Source: Octopus sinensis
Lineage: Eukaryota
Direction: 5' to 3'
DNA length: 64,000 nt
NCBI RefSeq assembly: GCF_006345805.1
Contig: NC_043000.1
Span: forward strand, 115,940,001-116,004,000
Shown: in pieces, positions 51,333-63,659 of the stretch
Layout of the letters: every line of letters begins with the position of its first letter
Numbering within the stretch: the stretch's first letter is position 1
The notes under the pieces: generated by a model
What the model was told of the DNA's origin: nothing
Seen by the model: the letters and a program-made list of their open reading frames with translations, nothing else
Database searches by the model: none
Program-made: the position numbers and the translations under genes

Positions 51333-51448
51333 TATGGATCAAAACAATTTTATTCAAATTCGTTGGTACTCTTGAATTTTAGACGACTAGCATCACGCTC
51401 GAAACTCAAGAGTACCAAGGAATTTGAATCAAACTGTTTTGATCCATA
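51333..51448. repeat. ~116-bp palindromic element (MITE-like hairpin) with TA ends
   Basis: TATGGATCAAAACA...ATTCAAATTC.TTGGTACTCTTGA versus TCAAGAGTACCAA.GAATTTGAAT...TGTTTTGATCCATA. Confidence 0.8.
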
Positions 51449-51484
51449 TATATATAAGAGGACGTTGGTTTTGCCTTGGCGGAG

Positions 51485-51535
<51 letters not shown>

Positions 51536-52070
51536 ATTATTATTATTATTGCTTTACTTCTCAGAACGTAGATTCTGTAAGAGCGGACAGCAGCCTGCTG
51601 TTAGAGGTCTCACAGGATCTCTTTCCGCAGTTTATAAGCTTTGATAAGCACCAGTTGCATACTGGGGTCGATCTTTTCGACTGGCAGCCTGCTCACAAAA
51701 ATTTCGGGCCTTGTGCCTAGAGTAGAAAAGAATATTCAGACATGAGTATATACAAATATAAACTATTATAAGACAAAGGTACAAATATAAACGTGTCTGA
51801 GAATAAATTTCAGAAACCGATCTAGAGCAGAATAGATATTTTATATTATCTTCTGATCGTATTCGTCAACGATGTCTGGACATTGATATTTAACATACAA
51901 AAACATCGCTAGATATGCCACAATAATCTGATTGGCTGTCATTTTGTATTACGTGCATTGTGTGTGTCTCTCTCTTTCTTTCTCCCTCTGCCACTTTCAC
52001 TTTCTCCCTCTCTCACTCTCTCAAACACATACACACATAGAAATCTGCGGTATATATACGTATGTGAATG

Positions 52071-52103
<33 letters not shown>

Positions 52104-52140
52104 ATGTGTGTGTGTATTTATGTTTATGTGTGCGTGTGTG

Positions 52141-52189
<49 letters not shown>

Positions 52190-53049
52190 CTGCATATATA
52201 TGTATATGCATATATATGTGTGTTTGCGTATTCGTGAGCATGTATAATTATGTATGTATGTATGTATGTATGTATGTATGTATGTATGTATGTATGTATG
52301 TAGGTGTGTGTGTGTACATAAAGTCGTGTCTACCGGTTGACATGAACGAATCTTGCTGTCGTTTTATCATTTCATGTGTGATTTCATCGGTATTGATCTC
52401 TCAATCTGTCACATTAGATCTATCGATTAGAATTCCATCAAAACAATATAAACATCGATAAAAAATATTTAAAAAAATACATAAAATATAACAAAATAGA
52501 GAAGTATTATGACTTAAAAGACCTTAGAACTCTCGGATTATTTAGATAAAGTAATAACATCAAAGGAGATCTGGAACTTTAATCATAAATTTAAAAGATA
52601 AAAATATAAAAAAATGTCTCATCCGTATTGAGCTTACTTGGCGTATTTATAAAAAAAGTAGTTTTATTTTGTCATCATTATTAGCTTCAGCCAAAGCTAT
52701 TTATATTGATCTCTTCCTCTGTGTTGACTCCTGTGTTCATATCTTGTTATTCATATCAAAGGAACTCTGCCATAATATGACGTTGTTGATCAAAATGAGA
52801 AGTGCTGTAATGGTGAGTTTTATGGTGCTAGATTCATGAAAGGTCAGCATTTCTTGTATGAGATTTTGTCCATAGAGAGTGCGGTACAGGTTCGGAATCC
52901 CAGTTTAGTTATTATTTCTTTGTTTTTGTTTTTGTTTTACATGTTCCTGATTTATTAGCAATCATGGACCCTCTTGTTGTAGACAGTAAATGATGGTAGG
53001 GTTCTGCAATTTCTTGATGAACAGCCTGCTTAGATGATTTTATTATTTT

Positions 53050-53470
53050 TATTATTTCTTTATTGCCCACAAGGGGCTAGACATAGGGCGGACAAATAAG
53101 GACAGACAAAGGGATTAAGTCAATTATATCGAACCCAGTGCGTAACTGGTACTTAATTTATCGACCCCGAAATGATGAAAGGCAAAGTCGACCTCGGCGA
53201 AATTTGAACTCAGAACGTAACGGCAGACGAAATACCCATTTCTTTACTACCCACAAGGGGCTAAACACAGAGCGGACAAACAAGGACAGACAAATGGATT
53301 GAGTCGATTACATCGACCACAGAGCGTAACTAGTATTTATTTAATCGACCCCGAAAGAATGAAAGGCAAAGTCGACCTCGGCGGAGTTTGAACTCAGAAC
53401 GTAACGGCATACGAAATACCGCTAAGCATTTCGCCCGGCGTGCTAACGTTTCTGCTAGCTCGCCGCCTTG
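53050..53470 (-). mobile_element. SINE family A tandem array with head
   Basis: Modules at 53146 and 53330 (184-bp period). Head ends at 53468. Confidence 0.9.
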
Positions 53471-54180
53471 GGAAATATATAAATATTGCAGTAGGACTAA
53501 AACAATTTCCACGCATATTACATCTGCTGAGTTCTTGATTACATAAATTGTAAAGCTTGTTGTGTAATTTCGATAGAGTGGGCCCGTCATAGAAATGCTT
53601 TGGTATTTATCTTTGTTTTCAGTTAAACCTATCGCAATCTACTTTTCATTATCTTAAATGGGTGTAGGAATGAAAATAAAGTTCCCAACGTGTTTTAGAA
53701 TAAACTTTATCTTTTACTTAAGCAGTATGTCTTTCTTTCTCTCTCTGTCCCCCTCTCTCTCTCCCTTCCTTTCTTTTTTTCTTTCTTTCTTTCTTTCTTT
53801 CTCATTCTTTCTCTCTTTCTTTCAATCTCTCTTTCTTTTTCATTATTTATTCCTTTCCCTTTTCTTTCCTTACCTCCTTCTTTCATTTCTTTCTTTCATT
53901 TTCTTTCTTTCTATCTAGTTAATATGGTTGAGTTTCACGGTTGTTCTGTTTATTTCCTGTATACACAAACATTTGTTTCCAATAAACACAACTAAATCAT
54001 TTCATCTAGTCTAATTTATTTCTACCCAAACAATCTGAAGATAAATTTCTCTATATACAAACAATTATTTTTTATACAGTAACAATCATAATTCTATTCA
54101 TCCAGATTTATTATTACACAAGCTGACAATGAAATGTCTCCTTCATGTTTTCATCTTCTGAATATCCCAACTTCATTCGT

Positions 54181-54692
54181 TCAGAACTGGTACTTATTTA
54201 ATCGATCCCGAAAGGATGAAAGGAAAGTCGACCTCGGCGGAATTTGAACTCAGAACGTAACGGCAAACGAAATACCTATTTCTTTACTGCCCACAAGGAT
54301 CTAAACACAGAGAGGACAAACAAGGACAGACAAACGGATTAAGTCGATTATATCGACCCCAGTGCGTAACTGGTACTTAATTTATCGACCCCGAAAGGAT
54401 GAAAGGCAACGTCGACCTCGGCGGAATTTGAACTCAGAACGTAGCGGCAGACGAAATACCTATTTCTTTATTACCCACAAGGGGCTACACACAGAGGGGA
54501 CAAACAAGGACAGACATAGGTATTAAGTCGATTACATCGACCCCAGTGCGTAACTGGTACTTAATTTATCGACCCCGAAAGGATGAAAGGCAAAGTCGAC
54601 CTCGGCGGAATTTGAACTCAGAACGTAACGGCAGAAGAAATACCGCTAAGCATTTCGCCCGGCGTGCTAACGTTTCTGCCCGCTCGCCGCCT
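54181..54692 (-). mobile_element. SINE family A tandem array, 3 units with head
   Basis: CTGGTACTT at 54187, 54370 and 54554. Confidence 0.92.
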
Positions 54693-55153
54693 TAACATAA
54701 ATAAAATATAATCAATATGAATGTCAGTGTGTCACACTTTTTCAACTTTACTCCTAGAGGCCGTAGCCCAACATATCTTACCATATTGGAATCAGGCTAA
54801 CTCCGCGAGTAAAGTAAAAACATTGCAGGCTGAATCCGGACACCACAATCCCTGAAGTTTTAGATCCCCAATTTTTTTTTTCTGTACGATAACAATTTTT
54901 ATAATTTAAAGGCCAAATCTGTGAGTGAATTAAAAACATTCCGAGCCGAGTTCGGACCTGCAATCCTGAAATTTTGGATTCCCATGCTTTCATTTCTTTG
55001 ATTGTCTTCGGCGATTAATTTTACATGATTTTTAGCGACGAATATGATCATCATTGACATATGACTGGAGGAAGCAATTGCAACGGATTCTCCAAAACAA
55101 TTCAGAGATCTGTTTTCAGATTTTCCCATTCGGGGTCAGTTGCTTAAAAGCTT

Positions 55154-55195
<42 letters not shown>

Positions 55196-55199
55196 GTAG

Positions 55200-55345
55200 T
55201 TGAAATTTATAGAAAAACAAAAGACGCAGACTGGTGTATGGACAACAAGCAGGTATAGCAGTTTGACACTCGGGAAAGTGAAAACGTCTTTTATGTTTCG
55301 AGCCTAGGCTCTTCCCCAGAAAGGAATAAGAGAAAATAAAAATAG
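55200..55345 (-). mobile_element. Penelope-type terminal remnant with degenerate hammerhead (same family as 5285)
   Basis: Minus strand TTT-CTGGGGA-A-GAG-CCTAGG-CTC-GAAAC-ATA-AAA. Confidence 0.5.
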
Positions 55346-55582
55346 AATAAAAAAAACTTGTGGATTATATATATATATATATCATATGTTACATATTTAT
55401 TACATCATACCTTGATACTGTGTCGACTAATATCCTCCTTGACAGGCCGCTGGTATTTATAGAGTGTTAAACACTTTCGGTATGCATATTAGGGACTCCT
55501 TTATAAAGTAAAACCTGCATTTGTTGAGTATGTAAATAGTTTGACTGCTTGTTTCTCTGGAGATCGTCAAAATGATGTGGAC

Positions 55583-55626
55583 GCCTCTGATGAGAACCCA
55601 ATAAGGTTCGAAAATCGATTAAAGTT
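55583..55626 (+). ncRNA. Hammerhead motif, separate family with AATCGATT stem III palindrome
   Basis: GCCT-CTGATGA-GAAC-CCAATAAG-GTTC-GAA-AATCGATT-A. Stem I is weak in this copy. A degenerate homologue at 51121-51165 retains the AGGC 3' arm. Confidence 0.55.
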
Positions 55627-55684
55627 GTTCATCAATTTTTCAGTCTGCGGAAAAATGGCTAAAATTTGCCCTGTTTATAATTAT

Positions 55685-55771
55685 ATTGGGCAAGTATCTT
55701 CTACTATAGCCTCGGGCCGACTAAAGCCTTGTGAGTGGATTTGGTAGACGGAAACTGAAAGAAGCCCGTCG

Positions 55772-55804
<33 letters not shown>

Positions 55805-56005
55805 CTGTGTTTGTCCCCCTAGCATTGCTTGACAACCGATGCTAGTGTGTTTATGTCCTCGTCACTTAGCGGTTCGGAAAAAGAGACCGATAGAATAAGT
55901 ACTGGGCTTACAAAGAATAAGTCCCGGGGTCGAGTTGCTCGATTAAAGGTGGTGTTCCAGCATGGCCGCAGTCAAATGACTGAAACAAGTTAAAGAAAAA
56001 AAGAA
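55685..56005 (+). mobile_element. SINE family B, 5'-truncated
   Basis: TTGGGCAAGTATCTTCTACTATAGCCTCGGGCCGAC...GTCAAATGACTGAAAC. Confidence 0.88.
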
Positions 56006-56659
56006 AAAAAATATATGTATGTTTGTATCTATATTTATGTAAGAATTATCATTTGATGTCACATACGTAACTTTATTAGTATTGTTTTTGTACCCGCTAG
56101 CTGCGGGGGCAGCGTTCCAGCGAAACTCCCTTCTTGACGCATAGACTGTTAAAAACCACTGAATATCTCGAACTCGCTTGGTTTGAGACATCAGAATTCT
56201 TTCACACTCGACACCAACATGTTTCCGAGGACGCTATACCGCAGCTAATGGGCGAATAAACAAAGCACATATACATTATGTATGTGATATCGATAATGTT
56301 TACATAATTAGAGTTTCTGTTAATCTAAAATTTATTATATATATATATAATCAATAATAATAAAGGGTAAAATTAATTAATCAATTAATAATTTTACCAA
56401 GTAGTTCGGTATGTTAAAAGAACCATTATCGGTAAACTTATACCAAAGTTCTATAATTATAAGCATAATTATAATTAGGGTTCAGCAAAAATTGCTTCAC
56501 CACATACCGAAATTTAGAAATAGCAGTTAAATACTATTACACTACCGGAAGACATCTATCTCCCAGACAGTAATACTCTCAGTTCTTTCTTTCTTTCTTT
56601 CCTTGTTGCCTGCCTTCCTCCTTTCCTTTTGCCTTCTTTCTTTCTTTCTTTCTTTCTTC

Positions 56660-56724
<65 letters not shown>

Positions 56725-56729
<5 letters not shown>

Positions 56730-57147
56730 CATTTCTTTACTGCCCACAAGGGGCTATACATAGAGGGGACAAACAAGGACAGACAAAGGGATTTAGTTGA
56801 TTAAATCGAACCAGTGCGTAACTGGTACTTAATTTATCGACCCCCCAAAGGATGAAAGGCAAAGTCGACCTCGGCGGAATTTGAACTCAGAACGTAGCGG
56901 CAGACAAAATACCTGTTTCTTTATTACCCCCAAGGGGCTAAACATAGAGTGGACAAACAAGGACAGACATAGGTATTAAGTCGATTACATTGACCCAATT
57001 GCGTAACTGGTCCTTGATTTATCGACCCCGAAAGGATGAAATGCAAAGTCGACCTCGGCAGAATTTGAACTCAGAACGTAATGGCAGACGAAATACGGCT
57101 ACGCATTTCGCCCGGCGTGCTAACGTTTCTGCCAGCTCGCCGCCTTT
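56725..57147 (-). mobile_element. SINE family A tandem array with head, inside a (CTAT)n tract
   Basis: Two core modules and a head. (CTAT)n on both sides. Confidence 0.88.
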
Positions 57148-57177
57148 CTATCTATCTATCTATCTATCTATCTATTA

Positions 57178-57372
57178 GTGGCATAGAAATTCCCCACCTG
57201 GACGAGACGCCGGTCCGTCGCAGGATTACTCATTTTTGCCAGCTGAGTGGACTGGAGCAAGGTGAAAATGAAGTGTTTTGCTCAAGAACACAACGCATCG
57301 CCCGGTCCAGGAATCGAAACCACAACCTTACGATCATGAGTTCAACACCCTAGCCACTAAGCCACGCGCCTA
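57178..57372 (-). mobile_element. SINE family D
   Basis: Minus strand GCGCGTGGCTTAGTGGCTAGGG...GGTTTCGATTCC...TTGTGTTCTTGAGCAAAACACTT...CTGCGACGGACCGGCGTCTCGTCCAGG. Confidence 0.8.
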
Positions 57373-57587
57373 CAGGATACTAAATGGTCGATACCAACAG
57401 ACATTAGAATCGATATCTAATTAGAATTCGACCAGAAAATTATTTTCATACGTCTGGTGTGTATATGTATATAGGAACGTCAGTGTGAAAATATACGGAT
57501 ATATGTATATATATATACATACGTCCGCACACACACACTCACACACATACATATATATATATTTATGTATATATATATATTTATGGA

Positions 57588-57652
<65 letters not shown>

Positions 57653-58719
57653 TTATGCATATATATACACAAAAATACATGAATAATACACACGCACGCA
57701 CACGTACGCACATGCACACATACAGTAATACACATATATTTATATTTTTATATATATTTTTGTAAAGCGAAAACTCCTCAGATAATATAATTATTTATCG
57801 CATGCAGCTGCTATTACGTAAGAGCTGTGAGTCTCACGCAGAGTGACATACGCATATTACATACACATACATATGTCATATCCGCGCGCACAGGAGTGTT
57901 CGTGTATGTGTGTGCTTGCGTGTGTGAGTGTGTGAGTGTGTGTCATTGTGTGAGTGTGTGTCATTGTGTGAGTGTGTGTCATTGTGTGCGTGTGGGTATG
58001 TCTGCGTCTAGTTTTTATATACATTGCTTATAATGTTAATGTGTACGTGATAGCACTTAAAATATGGGCATATATATGTGTATATATATATATATATATA
58101 AATATATAGTTATATAGTAGTGTTTTATGTATATACATATATGCCACACACAGAGATATATATATATATCCTTACACACACAGACGCCCACACACATATA
58201 TATGTATGTGTGTGTGTATGTATGCATGTATGTTTGTATAAAGGTGTGTAACATGATATTGTACAGAAGAATATGTAGAAATAATTGTTGTGTGTTTGAA
58301 ATCTTTGCCAGAACAATTTAACGGTTTTTAACTTGTAAGGACATAACAGCGCAAAATGAAATTAGAGACACAGAGCGAATGGCGCAAAACATTAGGGAGT
58401 GGTCGTTCTGCATACAAATCAGATCGTTTTCGTGTGCAGTTTGCCAGACAATATTATACCTAGCATGCCATTATTATATAACAGTCGGGATTGATTTTTA
58501 GCTCCACTGTTAGCTCACACAAAGAATGATGTCTAGGTAAACGTGTAAATTGATGCAAATATATTAGGCGTTCGATTCGAAATAGCATGGTTAAGATTTG
58601 TATTCTATTGCATGATGCTTCCTGGTTTCTGGCTATTTCTGCCACTCCTCAGTACTGGACACCTCGTTTGCTAGAGAAGATACCAGCTCGCTTCTGCACG
58701 CCGTATAAATATATATATA

Positions 58720-58929
58720 GCTAATCCAAACAAGAAAGCACAAAAAAACACAACAACGCGAGGACGTGGAACAAATATAGTATTATTGGACGCTCAGGAA
58801 AGAAGGAAAGTAGGAGGGTTTAACGTTTCGAGCGAATCTCTTCGTCGGAAACATAGGAGAAGGAAAGATCCAGAGAAGGGAAGACAGAGGAAAAAAATTG
58901 CCAACGGTACACACGCGGTCACATTTTGA

Positions 58930-58932
<3 letters not shown>
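58720..58932 (-). mobile_element. ~215-bp (TA)n-flanked element with minimal hammerhead at 58818-58852
   Basis: Minus strand GTTT-CCGACGA-A-GAG-ATTCG-CTC-GAAAC-GTT-AAAC. Homologue of 19392-19612. Confidence 0.72.
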
Positions 58933-58977
<45 letters not shown>

Positions 58978-59350
58978 CAAGGTAACACACAGTCGCTGAT
59001 TTTGCAACAAGCCAACATTCTAGTTCTAAAATCTCTCTAAGAGATGGTTGTCCGTTCGAGCGGATTCTGCTGCGATTTTCTAACCCCAAGAGGACATTGC
59101 CTCTAGCTGGTTAACGATGCACAGCTGCATCGGATATGATCGTGAGCGTGGGAGCAAACCTAGGGACGGGACCAGTAGACCATAATTCTAAATTTTTACC
59201 ATTGATAAACAAAACATATTGTTGAAACTAGTTTGTTATATATGTAAATAAATTTATTTGAAACAATTATAAGTTTTTCAAATTTAGCTGCATTTTCAAC
59301 AACAAATTTGCCTCTATATTTTCCTGCGTGGAAATACACCCCCTCTTTTG

Positions 59351-59390
<40 letters not shown>

Positions 59391-59646
59391 CTATTATCTT
59401 TTACTTGTTATGGAACTAAAGCCATGATGGCGCATCGCTTTGAAGTGTTTAAATAGAACAACTTCATCCCAGTACTTGTTTTTTTTTTATATTCTGGTAC
59501 TTAATATAGCGGTGATTTTGCCGAACCCCGAGGTTACGAGGACTCAAAACACTAACACCGATTGTTGTCCATTGGGGGGGGGGACACATACACAAGTACA
59601 ATCACAGGAGCGGAAGCAGAGATATATAAGCATATATATATATATA

Positions 59647-61263
59647 CAGTTGCGGCCAAAATGTTCAGAACGGCATTGCTTTCGTCAGAAAAGTAGGTAT
59701 AAGTTTTTATCAAAGTCGTTATATATTCTATAATTTTCACAGACAATAAATACAATATTAATTGTTATTGACTGAGATTTTGGTGTAATCTGAGAGGATA
59801 ATACAAAAGTCATGGATGACTTAGTGATTTACTGCAAAGCTCATAGCGGCCAAAATGATCAGAACGGTTGAAAAAATAACAAAATAACTGAAAATGACAG
59901 AGAAAACTGGAATTATTTAATATTTAGTGTGAAGCCCTTTAGCTTCAATCACACTCTGAAATCTTCGACTGCATGAGGAAATTAAATTTTCAATTTCTTG
60001 CTGGGTGATCTTATTCCATTCTTCCTGAAGGGCATTCCATAATTGCTCAGTTGTTTTAGGATTTCTGGCTTTCGAACGTTCTCCTAGAATATTCCATACA
60101 TTTTCAATAGGATTGAGATCTGGGCTTTGAGCAGGCCAATCCATAACAATAACCTTTTCAGCCGCCTTGAGGAAGTTCATGACCACCTTAGCCTAGTGAC
60201 ATGGGGCATTGTCCTGCTTGAATATGGGTGGTCGCTTAGTTGAATTTCTCATCACAGGCAAGACATGATCTTTTACAAGTTGTTTATAAACTCCTGCATT
60301 TACCTTTCCATGTAATCGCACCAAAGGGCTCACACCATCTCCAGATATCATCTCCCAAACCATGACTCTTCCTCCACCGAATTTAACACTAGTCTTAAGG
60401 CATTTAGGCGACAATTTTTCACCTACTTTTCTACCTTTTCCCATCTGAGCCAAATAACATAAACTTAGATTCATCACTGAAATGCACCGTTTGCCATATT
60501 TCTTGAGACCACAACACATGTTCGGTTGCAAAAGTAAGACGACACTTTTTATTCTTGGAGCTGATCAGTGGCTTCACTGCAGGTGCTCTTGCTTGTAGGT
60601 CATGTTCAACTAAACGACGAAAGACAGTTTTTCGAGATAAAGTTCTCTTCAATACAATGCTCATTTCTGAGAAACAGCAGCAGCAGTTTTAAATCTGTCC
60701 TTTTTAACCAACTTACCATAGCACGATCTTCTCTCTTGGTCGTTTTTCTTGGCCTACCTGTAAACTTTTTGCTTCAACGAACCACAATCATCGTAGACCT
60801 TAAGAATACCGTGTACAACACTTTTTGACTTGTTCACAATCTTTGCAATAGATCCAATACTTAAATTATCCTTCCTTCGAAGCTTAATAATCTGCTGACG
60901 AATTGGTAACGGAGTAAGTGGCATTATATTAACAAAGTACACTGCAAATATTCTTACTAATGTTTAGTAAACGAACCGTCACGTAAACAAATTCAAAACA
61001 TTAGAGTTTGCCGGTTAAATATACTAAAACACGGAGTAAAAGCAACCGTTCTGATCATTTTGGTCGCCATGGGTTTTGCAGTAAATTACTAAATCATCCA
61101 TAACTTTTATCCTCTCAAATTACACTAAAATCTCAGACAATAATAAATAATATCGTATTTATTGTCTGTGAAAATTATAGAATATAAAACAACTTTGATA
61201 AAAAGAATTATATCTACTTATCTGACGAAAACAATGCCGTTCTGAACATTTTGGCCGCCACTG
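59647..61263 (-). mobile_element. Tc1-like DNA transposon with ~222-bp IR/DR terminal inverted repeats, inserted at TA
   Basis: TA-CAGTTGCGGCCAAAATGTTCAGAACGG...CCGTTCTGAACATTTTGGCCGCCACTG-TA. Inner direct repeats at 59846-59867 and ~61046-61067. Confidence 0.95.
59917..60924 (-). pseudogene. Tc1 transposase pseudogene (frameshifts and one in-frame stop)
   Basis: MPLTPLPIRQQII (HTH), VHFSDESKF, VKFGGGRVMVW, FKQDNAPCH*, WPAQSPDLNPIENVW, AKGLHTKY, spread over several frames. Confidence 0.93.
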
Positions 61264-61378
61264 TATATATATAGATATAAAACATATGTTTATAAGTGCA
61301 TATCTATATGTGTATACATATATATATATATATGCATGTATGTATGTATGTATGTATGTATGTGTATGTATGTATGTA

Positions 61379-61452
<74 letters not shown>

Positions 61453-61585
61453 GCCAATTAATTATATGCTGCGTCGATGAACATTATCTCTCTATATAAC
61501 TATCTACTCATGTTCCCGCCGCTGACTATCATTTCTTCCCTCATTTACTCACTTTTTCTTTCTCCACCCTCTATGTATGTATGTA

Positions 61586-61620
<35 letters not shown>

Positions 61621-61805
61621 ATGTATGTATGTATGTACGTATGTATGTATGTATGTATGTATCTATCTATCTTTCCATCTATATACATATATATATAGCA
61701 CGCTCGCACATACATATCTACATATACAAACGTACTTATACATAGGCATTTGTTTATATATGAATGCATGAATGCATCTGCATGTATATATATATACATA
61801 CATAT

Positions 61806-61853
<48 letters not shown>

Positions 61854-62764
61854 TATCTGTGTCTTCTGATTTTCTATCTAAATATTCGTAATTTCTAATT
61901 CAACGACATGTCCGAGGATAATTAAACAATTTAAACCCAGCTTTTCAGAATAATCTAAATACATAAATTAATAAATATATATATCACATCAGATGACAAT
62001 TCAGCCATTTTCATTTTCATAAACCCACACAACGAAATGCGGAAACAGCTCCTCATGGAGCTCCTTCTTGCTTTTGCACGTAACGTTTTCCTTGTAATAT
62101 TGGTTAATTTTTCTTTGCTTATTACTTTCTCTGTTGGCTTATTTTCATCATTTATATTTCCCATATGTTTTGTTCATTTCTGTTTAGACATTTTCATTTT
62201 CGTAAACCCACCGGAAAAAAAATGAAGGCGCAGATATTCATTGAGTTAGTTCTTGATTGTGAACGTAACACTTCGCAAACAATTTTGGTCAAGTTTTCTT
62301 GGTTTCTTTTCTTATTACTGTTTGCTTTCGTTTATTTATATTCTTTTTTATTTCCAGCGTGTTTTGTTTATTGCCATTTATCCAGTTTATTTTCCAAAAT
62401 ACCCAATTAATCTTCTGTTGAAAAATTCTCTGCAAGTATTTATAAAATAAGTGGTATTGTTATTTGTTACGAGCAGAGGAGAAGCGTGGCAGGGAGATTA
62501 GAATTTCAATTGTTTTGATACCGTGGTTTTTCTTATGTACATTTACAACACGTGTTCGAATATCGACGATACTATAAAGTGGAGCGGCTCAAACAGTGGA
62601 GAGGTGTTCGAATCTCGACGGAACTGTCAGTTTTTCCTCATAGTCTTACGATGGAGTTGATCGATATTAATATCGATGATGTAATGAACAATGCTTATGA
62701 CGTCATCGCTGTGAGGCTGCATTCATTCTTCTCTCTCCTTTAGACAACATTGGTGGAACGTTCT

Positions 62765-63385
62765 TATTTCTTTTCTGCCCACAAAGGGTTACACACAGAG
62801 GGGACAAACAAGGACAGACAAAGGGATTAAGTCGGTTATATCGACGCCAGTGCGTAACTGGTACTTAATTTATCGACCCCGAAAGGATGAACGGCAAAGT
62901 CAACCTCGGCGGAATTTGAACTCAGAACGTAGTGTCAGACGAAATACCTATTTCTATTTCTTTACTACCCACAAGAGGCTAAACACAGAGAGGACAAACA
63001 AGGACAGACAAACGGATTAAGTTGATTATATCAACCCCAGTGCGTAACTGGTACTTAATTTATCAACTCCGAAAGGATGAAAGGCAAAGTCAACCTCGGC
63101 GGAATTTGAACGCAGAACGTATTGTCAGACGAAATACCCATTTCTATTTCTTTACTACCCACAAGGGGCTAAACACAGCAAGGACAAATAAGGACAGACA
63201 AACGGATTACGTCGATTACATCGACCCCAGTGCGTAACTAGTACTTTATTTATCGATCGCGAAAGGATGAAAGGCAAAGTCGTCCTCGGCGGAATTTGAA
63301 CTCAGAACGTAACGGTAGACGAAATACCTACCCACAAGGGGCTAAACACAGAGAGGACAAACAAGGACAGACAAACGGATTAAGT
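62765..63385 (-). mobile_element. SINE family A tandem array, headless, about 3.5 units
   Basis: Modules at 62858, 63048 and 63238 (190-bp period, including a duplicated TATTTC). Confidence 0.9.
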
Positions 63386-63630
63386 CCGTCGTATATATGT
63401 ATATGTATGTATGTGTGTGTATATGTTTGTGTGTCTGTGTTTGTCCCCACAGCATCGCTTGACAACCGATGCTGGTGTGTTTACGTCACCGTAACATAGC
63501 TGTTCGACAAAAGAGACCGATAGAATAAATACTAGGCTTACAAAGAATAAGTCCTGGCGTCGATTTGCTCGACTAAAGGCGGTGCTCCAGTAGGGCCACA
63601 GTCAAATGACTTAAAGAAGTAAAAGAATAA
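63385..63630 (+). mobile_element. SINE family B 3' half fused to the family A array
   Basis: CCGTCGTATATAT...GACAACCGATGCTGGTGTGTTTACGTC...GGCGGTGCTCCAG...GTCAAATGAC. Confidence 0.8.
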
Positions 63631-63659
63631 AATAAATAATTTGTTGCAAATTTTGTATA

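Noticed and set aside
54200-54270. GGATGA...GACGAAAT in SINE A as a ribozyme explaining the tandem arrays
   Set aside because: Lacks the CUGANGA core and the GAAAC-GUH geometry.
54778-55129. Minus-strand ORFs with a weak ~116-bp internal duplication
   Set aside because: No recognisable motif, frames are interrupted, and the duplication is short and highly diverged.
56091-56255. 14-bp imperfect inverted repeat (CCCGCTAGCTGCGG / CCGCAGCTAATGGG)
   Set aside because: Too short, single copy, no clear target-site duplication.
61955-62164. 69-aa minus-strand ORF (MGNINDENKPTEK...) as a host exon
   Set aside because: No recognisable domain or convincing splice sites. Cannot be supported without homology or RNA data.
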